From NCBI RefSeq assembly GCF_964355755.1, contig NC_092678.1, positions 4,418,422 to 4,482,421 of the forward strand: a stretch of 64,000 bases of DNA, given 5' to 3'. The position numbers and the translations under genes were made by a program. How positions within the stretch are numbered: the stretch's first letter is position 1; every line of letters begins with the position of its first letter. The DNA is from Antedon mediterranea. Its lineage: Eukaryota; Animalia; Echinodermata. This document shows, one piece after another, positions 1 to 12,600 of the stretch. The notes beneath the pieces were generated by a model. The model searched no databases. It saw only the letters and a list, made by a program, of their open reading frames with translations, and was not told the origin of the DNA.

Positions 1-39
1 TGATTAATATTTAGAAAAGAAAACAATGAAAATTAAACA

Positions 40-412
40 TTTAAAGAGAAGTAGACTAATTATTTTTCTTCAACCTGCATACTTAATTTGGCCCTGCATA
101 AACAAAGTTAATTTTCTTTGCTTTTATAAATTAAATTAAAACAAAAGGGAAATGTTAAAAAAATTAAACAATATATTCAGTCTCTGTGTATTAATGTATT
201 CACAAAAACATAATATAATATATACTTTAAAGAGAAGTAGACTAATTATTTTTCTTCAATCTGCATACTTAATTTGGCCCTGCATAAACAAAGTTAATTT
301 TCTTTGCTTTTTATAAATTAAATTAATACAAAAGGGAAATGTTAAAAAAATTAAACAATATATTCAGCAGTCTCTGTGTATTAATGTATTCACAAAACAT
401 AATATAATATAT
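40..412 (+). repeat. Tandem duplication, 2 x about 186 bp
   Basis: TTAAAGAGAAGTAGACTAATT...CATAATATAATATATA occurs at about 41 and about 227, nearly identical. Confidence 0.9.
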
Positions 413-936
413 AGTATAAAATATATTAATCTCAAAGTCTAGGCCTGATGAATCTAGTTCACAAAGTTTACCAAAACACATTTTTGCAAGGTGCTTGTAA
501 TGTATTTTGATTAATATAAAGATTGAGACATTAATATTATTATATATATATATATATATTTAACACTTGAGTTTAATTAAAAGATGTAGTGAATTATAGA
601 TAAACTATTTGTATCAAAGGATATTAGAACTTGTCAATGTTTGTACAAACGTGACCGGAATATGAATGATGTAAAGGAGTCATAAACTTCGGAGTAATTC
701 AGGTCAAACTTACTATTAAATAAATATATGGTTCAATTTTTTATTGCATTATTACTTTTATAATTCTAATTTTATTTGAATAAGTAGACAATGTGATTTG
801 TGACAGATTAATATTAAAGCTAATTTGCATAAAGTTCGAAATGGTCTCAATAGAGGACTTTAAAGATACAAGATATGACCTATCCCTTCTATGTATCACC
901 CATCATTCTTTGTTTTTTTATATTTTAAATTGCAAA

Positions 937-1095
937 AGCTCTGTCTAGACTATCAAATTTTGTGTGACAAAAAAATGTAATGTGCCCATATATAGATACG
1001 ATGATGTCATCACTACCATATTTGAGCATATCATTACCATATTTGGGCACATCACACTTTTTTTGTCCAACTAGATTGATAGTGTAGACAGAGCT
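937..1095. mobile_element. MITE family A (TIR AGCTCTGTCTACACTATCAAA), PIF/Harbinger-like
   Basis: Terminal inverted repeats AGCTCTGTCTA.ACTATCAA / TTGATAGTGTAGACAGAGCT with T/A-rich flanks; several homologous copies in the window. Confidence 0.8.
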
Positions 1096-3686
1096 TTAAA
1101 TTTAAAATAAATAAAGGCAATTTATGAAAAGTTATCTAGATTCAACATAGTAGTTCAACATGGATAAATTGTATTTTCTAAATTAGAATTACATCAACTT
1201 TATGGTCTATTGGTTACGGAGACATATTGCTAATAAAAATAAACTGCTTTTTAATTTAGAAAAGAGAAGTTTATAGAGATTGAACTATTTTGATGTAAAT
1301 AACAGTTATACCATGTTAATTTAGAGAATACAGTAATGTGTTGCAGTATGTTGTACAGATATATATTGTATGACACCCTAAATGATTTCTTTTACCAGGT
1401 CTTTAAGACTAGTATCATGTGACCTATTAATGTTGCATTTTGTCTAGAATTAGTCTTCTTAGAGGGGTTCTGCTACAACAGATCACAATAATTAGTTATG
1501 TATTTAGAAGGTAATTAACGAAAGGGACAGTGTACTTTATGAATATAAAGTGACAGAGGTTCACTGTTACCAGCTAATTAAGTTTACAGATTATGATTAT
1601 AAAATAGATACCACCTGCTCTAGCATGTACCTCCTCTACATATGTCACCTGTATAAACTATGTTGAATCTTAACACTTGCAATGTTTTGTTAAAGGGTAC
1701 ACACTCGTACATAGTAGTTTTAAGCTTAATTAGGATTCTGAATGATCATCTATTGTGTGCGTACATCAACTCCTGGTGTGCAGATCATGTTAGGCGCTGC
1801 ACTGTGGCTGCCATAGGTCTGCAAAGGGCCTCAATCTGAATTCATAGTTAAACTGAGGACAATTGATATTTAGTAATATATTTTAATAAGATGGTTGAAT
1901 TTACTCTAAAGATAATCACAGCACCCATCTTAAGCCTCTTTACACTCATCCTTGTTACCACCTTCTCTAAGTTGTGCAAGATATGTAGAGGCAAGCGTAT
2001 TGATCAAATATAATTTAGCGCTGAATTCTGTGTAAGCTGGCCCAAATGTTGTTCTATAATTTATAATAGTAGGTTTTCCATTTAATACTAATTTTAACCG
2101 TACAACGAATCGTTTCATTATGTTCGATTGGGCAAAATGAAGTTCAGTATCATCGTGATACATATTGGTCGTTTATTAATGCATAATATTACTAGTTTAT
2201 GTTTATCTAGCATGTGGTTCATAGGTTTTGTCAACCTTAGACTGGATGAGTATGTTTGTTCAGTTGGCTGTGATTTGACGGTGTATGAGCATGTCTGTAA
2301 GGGCCTGTTAGTTGATCAATAAACTTAACACTTTTTAATGTGTTCGTCTCACAATGTTATATCATTCATAATTATCTATGTCTCAGCATTCACATATCAT
2401 ATATCATTATGATTTGAATAACCTCTCTTTCTCATGGAGAATCAGATAGAATACATTCCTGATGATGTCATAATTAATGTTAGAATATTAAATCCTAACT
2501 AGCAAATTCATTGCTTTAATATAATTTCCTGTATGTGGTTGATATTATGTAGTTCATTTATTGTAAATTATTCAAAGTTGATACAAGGATTGAAATGTTT
2601 TCAGCATAAAAATGTGTTTATTTTATTAAATTATTAGTAAGCTATTAATAGTAAATACCAATAACTGAGACTGATTTTAAATTTTAGTAAATTGTTCTTT
2701 GTATAAAAAAAATGGCAGACAAATATTATTCTACTATAGTCATAAAACAAGTGAGTATACATTGCAATTGGTTGCAAATTTTTAAAGGCGAAAAAATCAA
2801 TTAATTCCAAGGTAATGCCTCAATTTTGTAAAGATATACTATTGATTTGTTGCCAGTGACATGGGGTACCTAGTGAGAATGTGTAATAGGATATTACAAT
2901 GTGTATAATGCTTATATGTTGAGACATTTAGGCCTGCTTTTATAAGCTTGGTAGAGATGGATTGAGAGGTGCGAACAACCACTCCTTTTGGTAATTGCTA
3001 ATGATTAGCAGAATAAGACTTTAGACTTTAAATGTACTTGGTATAAAGTACTATGTCTGGGCAAACATCTGACCGATTAGTCTGTTCTAATAACCAAAAA
3101 TACCAAAATCACCAAAATCTCAAGTACAATCTCACAGAATTACATTTGTTGTCTGCTTTAATTTCTGTTGTAACTTTTGATACTTAGTCCTTGTCTAGTT
3201 TTTCTTTCTGTATATTTTTGTTCTTGAGACTTCTTCCTTCCCAACCATTAGATCTCCAATTACCATAGTTAAGGCAAACAAATATGCTTATTTAATACTT
3301 GTTTTATAATGGTTTTTTTTATACCAGAATGACTAATTTAAAAAAATGTAATGCAAAGGTTTTCTTTTTAACTTTTTAATACTAACTTTTTTATGGTAAA
3401 TCTTGTTTATTTGTTCATCAGAAATTGTTTCAGAGTTTTGCTTTAAGTTTTTTACAGTCGATTTTTCCTATCTCTGTAAACAAAAAACTCTCTCAAAACC
3501 AGACTTTTTTAAATGTAATAAAAGTTCTAATTTGTCACCATTAAAAACAAGCAGAACATATCAGAATTTCTGGAAACGCAGATATTAAGTCCATTGCCCA
3601 ATAGTGTAGATAGTTGACTGTTAATAGCACAATATATTCTGAAAGCAAGTATAGACAATATTTAACTTTATTTGTTTGTATTTCAG

Positions 3687-6600
3687 CAATTTGACCTTTC
3701 TTCAGATACTTTAAATGTAAAAGAGATAAATGGAACTCAGATGGTTTTAGACATTGCAGAAAAAGTTGAGAGAATGCTTGACAACAAAGTAAAAGCAGTA
3801 GAAGTGAGTATTATCTGTTGTTAAGTTGCTAAACCATGGACCTATCAAAGCAAACAGGAGCTAGAGCATTCTGCCATCCTGGTCTGCAGCAACCTCTCAG
3901 CATGTCAAACTATATATTTTGTCTTCTTATCATGTCTTTAGAAGGAAATAAATATAAATTTACAGGAACATAATAAATTCTAAACCGCCTGGTGATACTA
4001 AAAATTAATTTGAAACGATACTTTCCACTGAGGAAGTGTTAGTGTTACCTGAAAGCTCTGCAATTTCTTTATGGCCATTTCTTTTTAATAGTCTTTTGCT
4101 TATTTTATTTATATCTAGCCACTGATACCCACAGTCATTTTTCAGTAATTTGCCTTTTCATTTTACCCATCAGTTTAAGCGTCCGTCACCCAATTATTTG
4201 TAGGCATGTGTATCCACATAATATAACATTATAAATCAAAGAGCTGCATAGGCAGGATATAGAAAAAAATCAAGATTCAAATAAGTTAAAACTGCCTCAA
4301 TATAGATTTATTTTAACGACATGTTTCGGGCATAGCCCATCATCAGGTGAAAAGAATTGTAACAAAGGATAACATATATATTGAGGCAGTTTTAACTTAT
4401 TTGATCTTAATATAACATCATCTGTACAGTACCGTAAAATCTTAGTGTAATATACTGTATTAATGTCAGTCTTGGGATAGGCTTACATGACCTAGGATAC
4501 AGCTCTTACATACTATGTGACACTATATTACAGCCTATGATACCTTATAAATGACATACTCAAATATTCATTCCTTTAAAGTTTATTACAACACTAACAA
4601 TTATATAGGGATGTATATTTTAATGTATATATCGATAACTTTTAAAGTTGCTTACATATCTAATGATATATATGTATTCTCACAATAGAGAGCGTTTAAA
4701 CCATTAAAATAATGAGGCATTCAAATAATATACAATATAATGATCTGTACAAATGTAGTGGTGAAGATATAGATTCTTAAAAAGAACACATTTTTTTTAT
4801 AAAACTATCAGTTTCATTTAAAAAATGGGAAAATTAACTAAAACACAAACGGGGCTACTGAAAACCGGTAAATTCCAAAATAAGAATCAAAATTTTGTTT
4901 TGTTTTTTAAATTTAGAAATACGAAAAAACAGGCATGTCTTTATGTACACGCAAGTTTCCCAACATTATGATTTTCCTGTTACAGTAAAATATAATCGTC
5001 ATTAATTTTAAAACAAAGGGGTTTTTTTTGTATAGTAGATTATAAATTCGTCATCATGATGTTCTCAACACATCCCATATTTCAATTGTTCAATGCATAC
5101 GAGATTACATCAGATTTCGGTATGTGTCATATTATTGATTCAACCATAGGAAATATCAATAATATTTTGAAATCAATTATTTTGTACTCCACCTTCCATG
5201 GGAAAACAATTGTGCATAACATTTGCTGTCTTGTTTTTTTTGGATCAATATTGACCTGTTAGAAAAAGACAAATCTTGCATATAATTATAAATAAATTGT
5301 CGGATGGTTTTTGTTGAATCGGAATATATTTATTTTGATTGCACAAATAGCAACTGTTTTAAATAAACACCTGGTATTTTAACACCTTATGCATAATTAA
5401 TGTTTGATAGTGCATACTAATTCTTGAATAATACAGCATAATAATAAACCAGATTATTTAATTATTCTTTGATTTATTAACAAATATTTATTTTGTTGAC
5501 AAATTTAATGTAAATAATGTTTAACAGAAAGCAGATTAAAAGTGGTGTGGGGAAGGAGAGTAAGCGCTAGGACCATCTACTTCCTCCTTTAAAGCCTAAA
5601 TAATGCTATGAACCTTTTCACACGGTATAACCCAAAATATACAAAGAGAAGTGTATGTTTTATCACTGCCACAGCCAAACTCCTATTAGTGGACAACCCT
5701 ATTATTTTTAAGGGTACATTTTGTTTTGATCTAGAAGCTGGTGTCCCCTTAAAATCTTGTGTTCTATTGTACCACTAGGCCTATCACAGAATGTTAATAA
5801 TCAAGTAAAATATGGTAATTTCCCCACTGTGCAATCTAATATATCAGCCTGCCTGCATTCAGATATTCATGGTCTCGCATCAGAATATAGTTTATATAGC
5901 ATGGACCTATAAATTAACTTATAAGTATTTATAGACAGCAATAATTTTTATTTATATTTTTCTGTGTAAAAACATTATTATGTAATTTAGAAGATTTTGT
6001 TAGGATTATAATTTGAAAATCAATTTCTAAATTGTTATAGTATGTTTTCAAGGTCAACATTATTTTAAAATTCATGCAAAAATATAATGTATTATTGATA
6101 TTAACACAATTTTATACAGTAACAAAATGATATTTCAACAATAGATTAAATTCAATTTCAAGTTTCAAGAAATCGCCAACACAGTATTGATTGTGCAGTC
6201 TAGAATACTGTCGTTCAAATTAATTATCTCTATAATGTATCTTAAATTTCATTCTTCTTTGAATCGTTTTAATTATGATATTCAATTACAAATTAGGTTG
6301 AATTAGGTGATAATTTAACAGAATTAAATAGTACAGTAATTGTTTTATAAGGGTTTTTTTAGCCTAAAACGATAGTTTACACCTTCAGTAGATGTACATG
6401 GCTGATGAATACACAATTAATATATATTGACATTGCCAATTATCTAAGCCTATTATATAGTCATAATTTGATTAAGGCATTCTTTCATATGCAGCTTAAA
6501 GCATACGTAGACAGCTGTGATAATTCTAGGCTGTTAGAAGCCCATCGTTGACACCTCATACGCAACCGTTCACAAGCTAAATCAACTTGATAGGTTTATC

Positions 6601-9600
6601 TGTGTTACTCAAAACCAAAATAAAATTAATATGATTGATTGAATATTGTTTGATTGAGAGTGGTTGTATTCCATCATGATGTTTACATTAGATTATCAGA
6701 TAGGGGTTGTAATTTCGTGTTTTAAAAAAGCTCATTATATTTTGTTGTTATTAAATTTGGTATGTTATTTTCTGGTTGCACGTGTATGTCTTCTAAATGC
6801 ATCCTTAATTTGCAATGTTATTACATACTGAAGCAGATGGCCTATGTTGTTTCAAATTAATTTACAAAAATTCCTTCACCGCTAGTGTGATGATAATATT
6901 TTACATCTTTCTATAAACTATTGGTAATTCTTTTATGAGATGTTCAACCGGATCCAGTAATTAATTTACATAGTTTTCCTTCACTGCTAACTCGTCGTAA
7001 TAATTTACTGTGCTAAACGAGTCATATTCACTGTTCATTGAACTGTGAAGACTTATTTTATAAGATGTTAATTCAGCAGATCTCTTTATTTCCAATTAAT
7101 AATAAACAATAAAATACGACCAACAAATAAAATAAATAAAACCTATTCTCCTAGTTATTTATAGCCAAATTGTTATATATAGCAGGATCATATGAAAATT
7201 AAATACAGTGTCAGATAAGACATTGTTTTTACCTTAACTTACAAAATAATTATTAGGAAACGGTTGTATATATATTTATTATACTACTACTATTTTTTTA
7301 TAACACTATAACATATAAATAAGAAAAAAAAACGTTTTAAAAGTTAAATGTACACATAACAAAGTATCATGTAATAAAAGTCAGACGAACCCACACACAA
7401 GACAAAAAAAAAGGAAACAGTTGTAACATGTGAGGAACATGTGATACTTTATCAAGCAACAATCCCAATAACTACAGTGATTTGCTCACATGATTTGATA
7501 CAATCATTCCTTGATTAGATTGTTTCTATGTTATTGTCATAGACATTGATGCAGCGGTATTGTATCGTATTTGATGTTGACGATGCAATTAAATGCTTCA
7601 CTACGCCTTTGATTGAGTCGCAGCATTCTGTTTTGATGTCGTTGTCGTTCTAGTAATCTTAAAATATTAAAATCAATTGTAGCACTATTCACACTATAAT
7701 GATGTCCTCATGTAAATGGAGACAAATTGATTCTCATTTGCATATCAAAATGATACACTTTATAAATAAGCTATTTATTGCTTTCAATTTGGTTGAAAAA
7801 AAATTTCAGATAAATCTTCTAAACTGGGTTTTTGGATATTTTACATCATTTCGATTACATTTTAAATATTTTTTCTTCCTATTCTCAGATATTTGTTCCT
7901 TTTATTATAATCATTATCATTGTTATTACACCATTATTTTAATCATTATCATCATCATCAGCATCAGCTTCATCATCATAATACCATAATAATATTTTAA
8001 TCATCACCATTATTTTCATCATTATCAGCATCATCTTCATCATCATAATACCATAATAATATTTTAATCATCTCCATTATTGTCATTTATCATAAAGTAT
8101 CTCTTAAATCATAATTATCATCATCAACATAATATATCATCATTATCATAATCATCATAATTGTTATCTTCATCATCATCATTATCAACATAATACATCA
8201 TCATTGTCATAATCATTTCGTTTTGTTTATTTATTTGACTAACATAAAATCAATAATATATATATAAAAAAAAAGAGATAAAAAATGCTGGGCAGGGGCA
8301 GCTTAAGCAAAACACAAGTCAGTCAGCTACTCTTATCATCATAATCATTATCATACATTGTATAGATAACATTGTATAAAGACAGCAGCAACACTCCAAT
8401 GTTATCTTTCCTCATTGGTGTATTGGTTGTCGTTTTTGTCGGTGTAGTCATATTTCTACACGAAAACATTTTGTAATCAACAATTAATTATGTTTTGCTT
8501 TAACCCATTGTTATAATTTTTTAATAACTTTTACAGTACGTACTAATTCTGCAACAAGACTGTGTTTTTTTGACTTTCTCATAAACTACGAAGTTCTCAA
8601 TAGCAGTAAATCAATAACGTCTATTTTGCCTATTGATTTTAACGCCTGTCTTATTGCATCCAGGCGGAGAAACTGAAGGTTGCATATTCACTGGCAAATA
8701 AAGCTTTATAATACGCGGCTATTATACAGGCAACATATTCAACAGCATACTAGCATTCTAAATTCTGCCTTACGGTTACTATATAATGGTGCCAATAAAT
8801 GTTATACAAAGCTACATTTTTTACTCAAAATTCAGGTTATTTAAATATTAAAATGATTGAATTTATAATATTAGAATAATAATAATATGAAACATTTGTT
8901 ATAATACAATAAACAAACAAACATACCTACATACATCTTTAATTTATAGATGATTGTTCAGGATATCAAAACATAATTTTATTCAACAAAAAATAAATTA
9001 AATTCAGTGGATTATGATTTAATTTTCAGGCTAAAAATCGCTTAAAGGTCACATGAACAAAATATTTTTTCAATATCTATACTCATAAAAATGTCTACCT
9101 ACACCCTTATATAGGCCTATTATTAAATTAATGTTCTCTGTGTATATTTTCATTTTCATATTTGTTCTTGTTTAGGTTGAGAACCCCAACTGAAACATCC
9201 TCTGCTTTCCATAGTTTACTTATTGATTACATTTTTTGTCCTGCTTTTTTTATATACGAAGAGCAATAAATATTAAAATTACTGATATTCCAAATTATAA
9301 ACATCCTATTTATGAGATGATGCTTATAGTAAGCTATTGCACTATGAACATAATTAACTTTGTAAATACATTCAACATTCAACATTGAATGTTAATGTTT
9401 ATGAGAATACAACTCATATGTTTATCTTTGTGAAACATTATTGCTTGATGTTTTTATGTGAAGAAATTAGAAATATATTGTTAATGGCAGCGTAAATAAG
9501 GATTATGATGGAAGTTTAGTGTGACTGTGTTTACGTCCTGGTAAAAATGTTAAGTACTTCAGCAAATTTTTTGTATTTTTATTCTTCAATTTCTTGACTT

Positions 9601-12600
9601 TTTAAAGGATCTCAGCCAGCATGATACACACACTACTTTGTCGCCCTAAAGAAAAATAATGGCATTTGCGCAAATCACCCCGTTCTGGTGATGAAGTCGA
9701 ATCTAGTTATTTTAAGCTTTTTTATGTTATTATACGTTGTTAATGCACAACGTGCCATGAGCTCTATATTGGTGGTGGTACCGGCGCTATATCAGTTTTC
9801 ATTTATTATTATTATTAATTATTTACTTTTTCTATTTTATCATTTCAGAAATTAGTAGATGCTGCAGAAAGAGCAAATTTTGACCAGGAATATAATGATT
9901 CTTTAGAGGTAAGTGAACTGCTGTGATCATCGCAAACGAGAGATGGTTTCATGTTATATGAACGCTGAGAGCTAAATTCCATTATTATGTTCAGGAAATT
10001 CCATGTTACTGAAGTTCCACGAGCGGGTACGCATCAAAACCATCATTTCATGCTTTTAGAGGTCAATATTCTGTCTGATTTCATTGAGATGCCAAAGGCA
10101 AATTGCATTTATTGAAATCTCTTTTGTCTGTTATTTAAACACCGGGAGCGTTCCATAGATCTTGATTCCATGTTAATACAGCAAATGCTTCGCTTTCCAT
10201 GTTAACAAAATTCAATGTTATTAAAAACGTTGCTCTGAGCATTTCATGTTTAAACTGAAAGGTTATTAAAAAGGCCACCAACTGTAAGTTATTAAAAGCC
10301 TGCTGCTGCTGCCATTTCAAGCTGATCAATCGATGGTTAGCATTTTTTTATAAATTTCCATAAAAGCCACTTATGGCATGTCATTAACTTGGAAAATGTA
10401 AATAATGCATAGAAAATGATGGACATTTTATTATGCTGCTTGGTTTTGAAATGCAAAGCAATTGATCAAATTAAATCCCAAATATCCAAAAATTGTTTTG
10501 GTATTTCTCCTGTAAAAGTGATTTCTACAGGTTGTTTTTTTAACAACTGAAAATGCTGTAAATTATACTTGCTTGCTGTTACTGCCTATATTTTCTCCTC
10601 ATCTTTATCATATTTCTATGAATTCATAAGCTCACAATGGGTTATCGTAGAACGAACCCCCTTTATCACCGTCGTTCACATTTTATGCTAATTTCAGACA
10701 CGCGGTGGATCACATTGAAGTATTATCTTTTTCATTTTCACATTTATTTACACTTTATACAAATGTTACCATCAGAGAGCAAAAAAAAACCCCATTTTTT
10801 AAAAAGTGGATTACCATCATCGCTTTGTTGATTGTCTTTAGTTTGAAAAAATAAGGTTTGTTAAGCCTTGTCACTATCAAAAAATGTGATATATGGACAT
10901 AATGATGCCATATCACTATTATATTTGGGAATGGCACTACCATTGGGCACATCACACTTTTATTGTAAAACTAGTTTGATAGTGTAGACAGAGCTTTACT
11001 GATTGTCATTCTTTGCTATGACCATCAATAAACTGTTTGAATATTCATTTCGAGAAGCCTGCAAATATTTAAATATTAGATGCATTCTTGATCCGTTTGA
11101 CCAGTCTTTTGTTGGATGTGTACAAAACTGGTCATCATCAGATATTGATTTGGTTGATTTAATCGCTGGATTAGTTGATGTTTGAGCACTGAGCACGTAC
11201 TGCCAATATTGACCATTCACTATTCTGTTGGAGAAATGTTTTGTGTTGGTCAGGTTGTTTATGTGATGGTCAAACATGGCCTGCTGGTCTGCCCACTCAG
11301 AAATGCGTTTCCTCACTTTCACACTTTGAATAGTATGCTTTTAAATCATTTACCTCTATTTAAACAGTTACTGCAGTACTTCTACTTAATTTGCATATTA
11401 CTGCAGATTTAATATTCTTTATCTTACATTTGCTCGGCATTCTTCCTTCTACATTAACAAAACACATTTGCATCATTAAATTTAAATAAATGTTCAGTAT
11501 AAATATGTACCTCACTATCACACTGATGATGGAAACTCCTTTCAAATATGATTGACTGCAGAGATGAAATTAATCAACATGAGATTTAAAAATGTTGGGT
11601 TTTATCATTTTTATTCATTATATATCTATATTACAAATAAAGTAATGTTTTGGTTGCCAGACATCATCAAGATAAAGCTGTTCCCCTTATATCATCAATT
11701 AAATATCAATTTATTAACATTTTTGTTGTGTAAATAATTGTTGGTGTTCCCTCTTTTACAGTATGAATATTTTAATGCGCTACTAATAAATGATAAGGAT
11801 AATAATGGAGACTATTTACCATTGGGAGGAGAATTCATCTTGACACCGGATGACCATTTTAATGGAATTGAAGTTAACCTTACACACAGCACAGTACAAG
11901 TTCCAACTAACGTATATAACATGGGTAAGTACACTCACTCACTCCGGCGTCGCAAGTTCCAACTAACGTATATAACATGGGTAAGTACACTCACTCACTC
12001 CGGCGTCACAAGTTCCAACTAACGTATATAACATGGGTAAGTACACTCACTCACTCCGGCGACACAAGTTCCAACTAACGTATATAACATGGGTAAGTAC
12101 ACTCACTAACTCCGGCGTCGCAAGTTCCAACTAACGTATATAACATGGGTAAGTACACTCACTCACTCCGGCGTCACAAGTTCCAACTAACGTATATAAC
12201 ATGGGTAAGTACACTCACTCACTCCGGCGTCGCAAGTTCCAACTAACGTGTATAACATGGGTAAGTACACTCACTCACTCCGGCGTCACAAGTTCCAACT
12301 AACGTATATAACATGGGTAAGTACACTCACTCACTCCGGCGTCACAAGTTCCAACTAACGTATATAACATGGGTAAGTACACTCACTTACTCCGGCGTCA
12401 TCTGACAGACTTAACACATTTCAAAATGTGCTCCTTCTCTTGATTATTCTTCTTGTTCACATATTTTTCCCGCAAAATGTCCACCTTAAAAATGAAGAGT
12501 TATTATGTAAAGGTTCACACCGCAATTATGTTAAGATGGTTCACACTACAATTATTTGTTTAATGTTTACCCTCTTTGTAATTTAAAGGTTTTACTTTTT

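Noticed and set aside
1-3686. Search for alpha2delta exons 1-2 (signal peptide)
   Set aside because: No convincing exon found; they probably lie upstream of the window.
8664-8678. Possible 15-nt microexon CAG|GCGGAGAAACTGAAG|GT
   Set aside because: Poor donor (GTTGCA) and no supporting motifs; expected by chance in a 6-kb intron.
11897-12400. CRISPR-like appearance of regular repeats (also at 26012, 41869 and 21598)
   Set aside because: Head-to-tail repeats with no unique spacers, no cas genes and a eukaryotic intron context.
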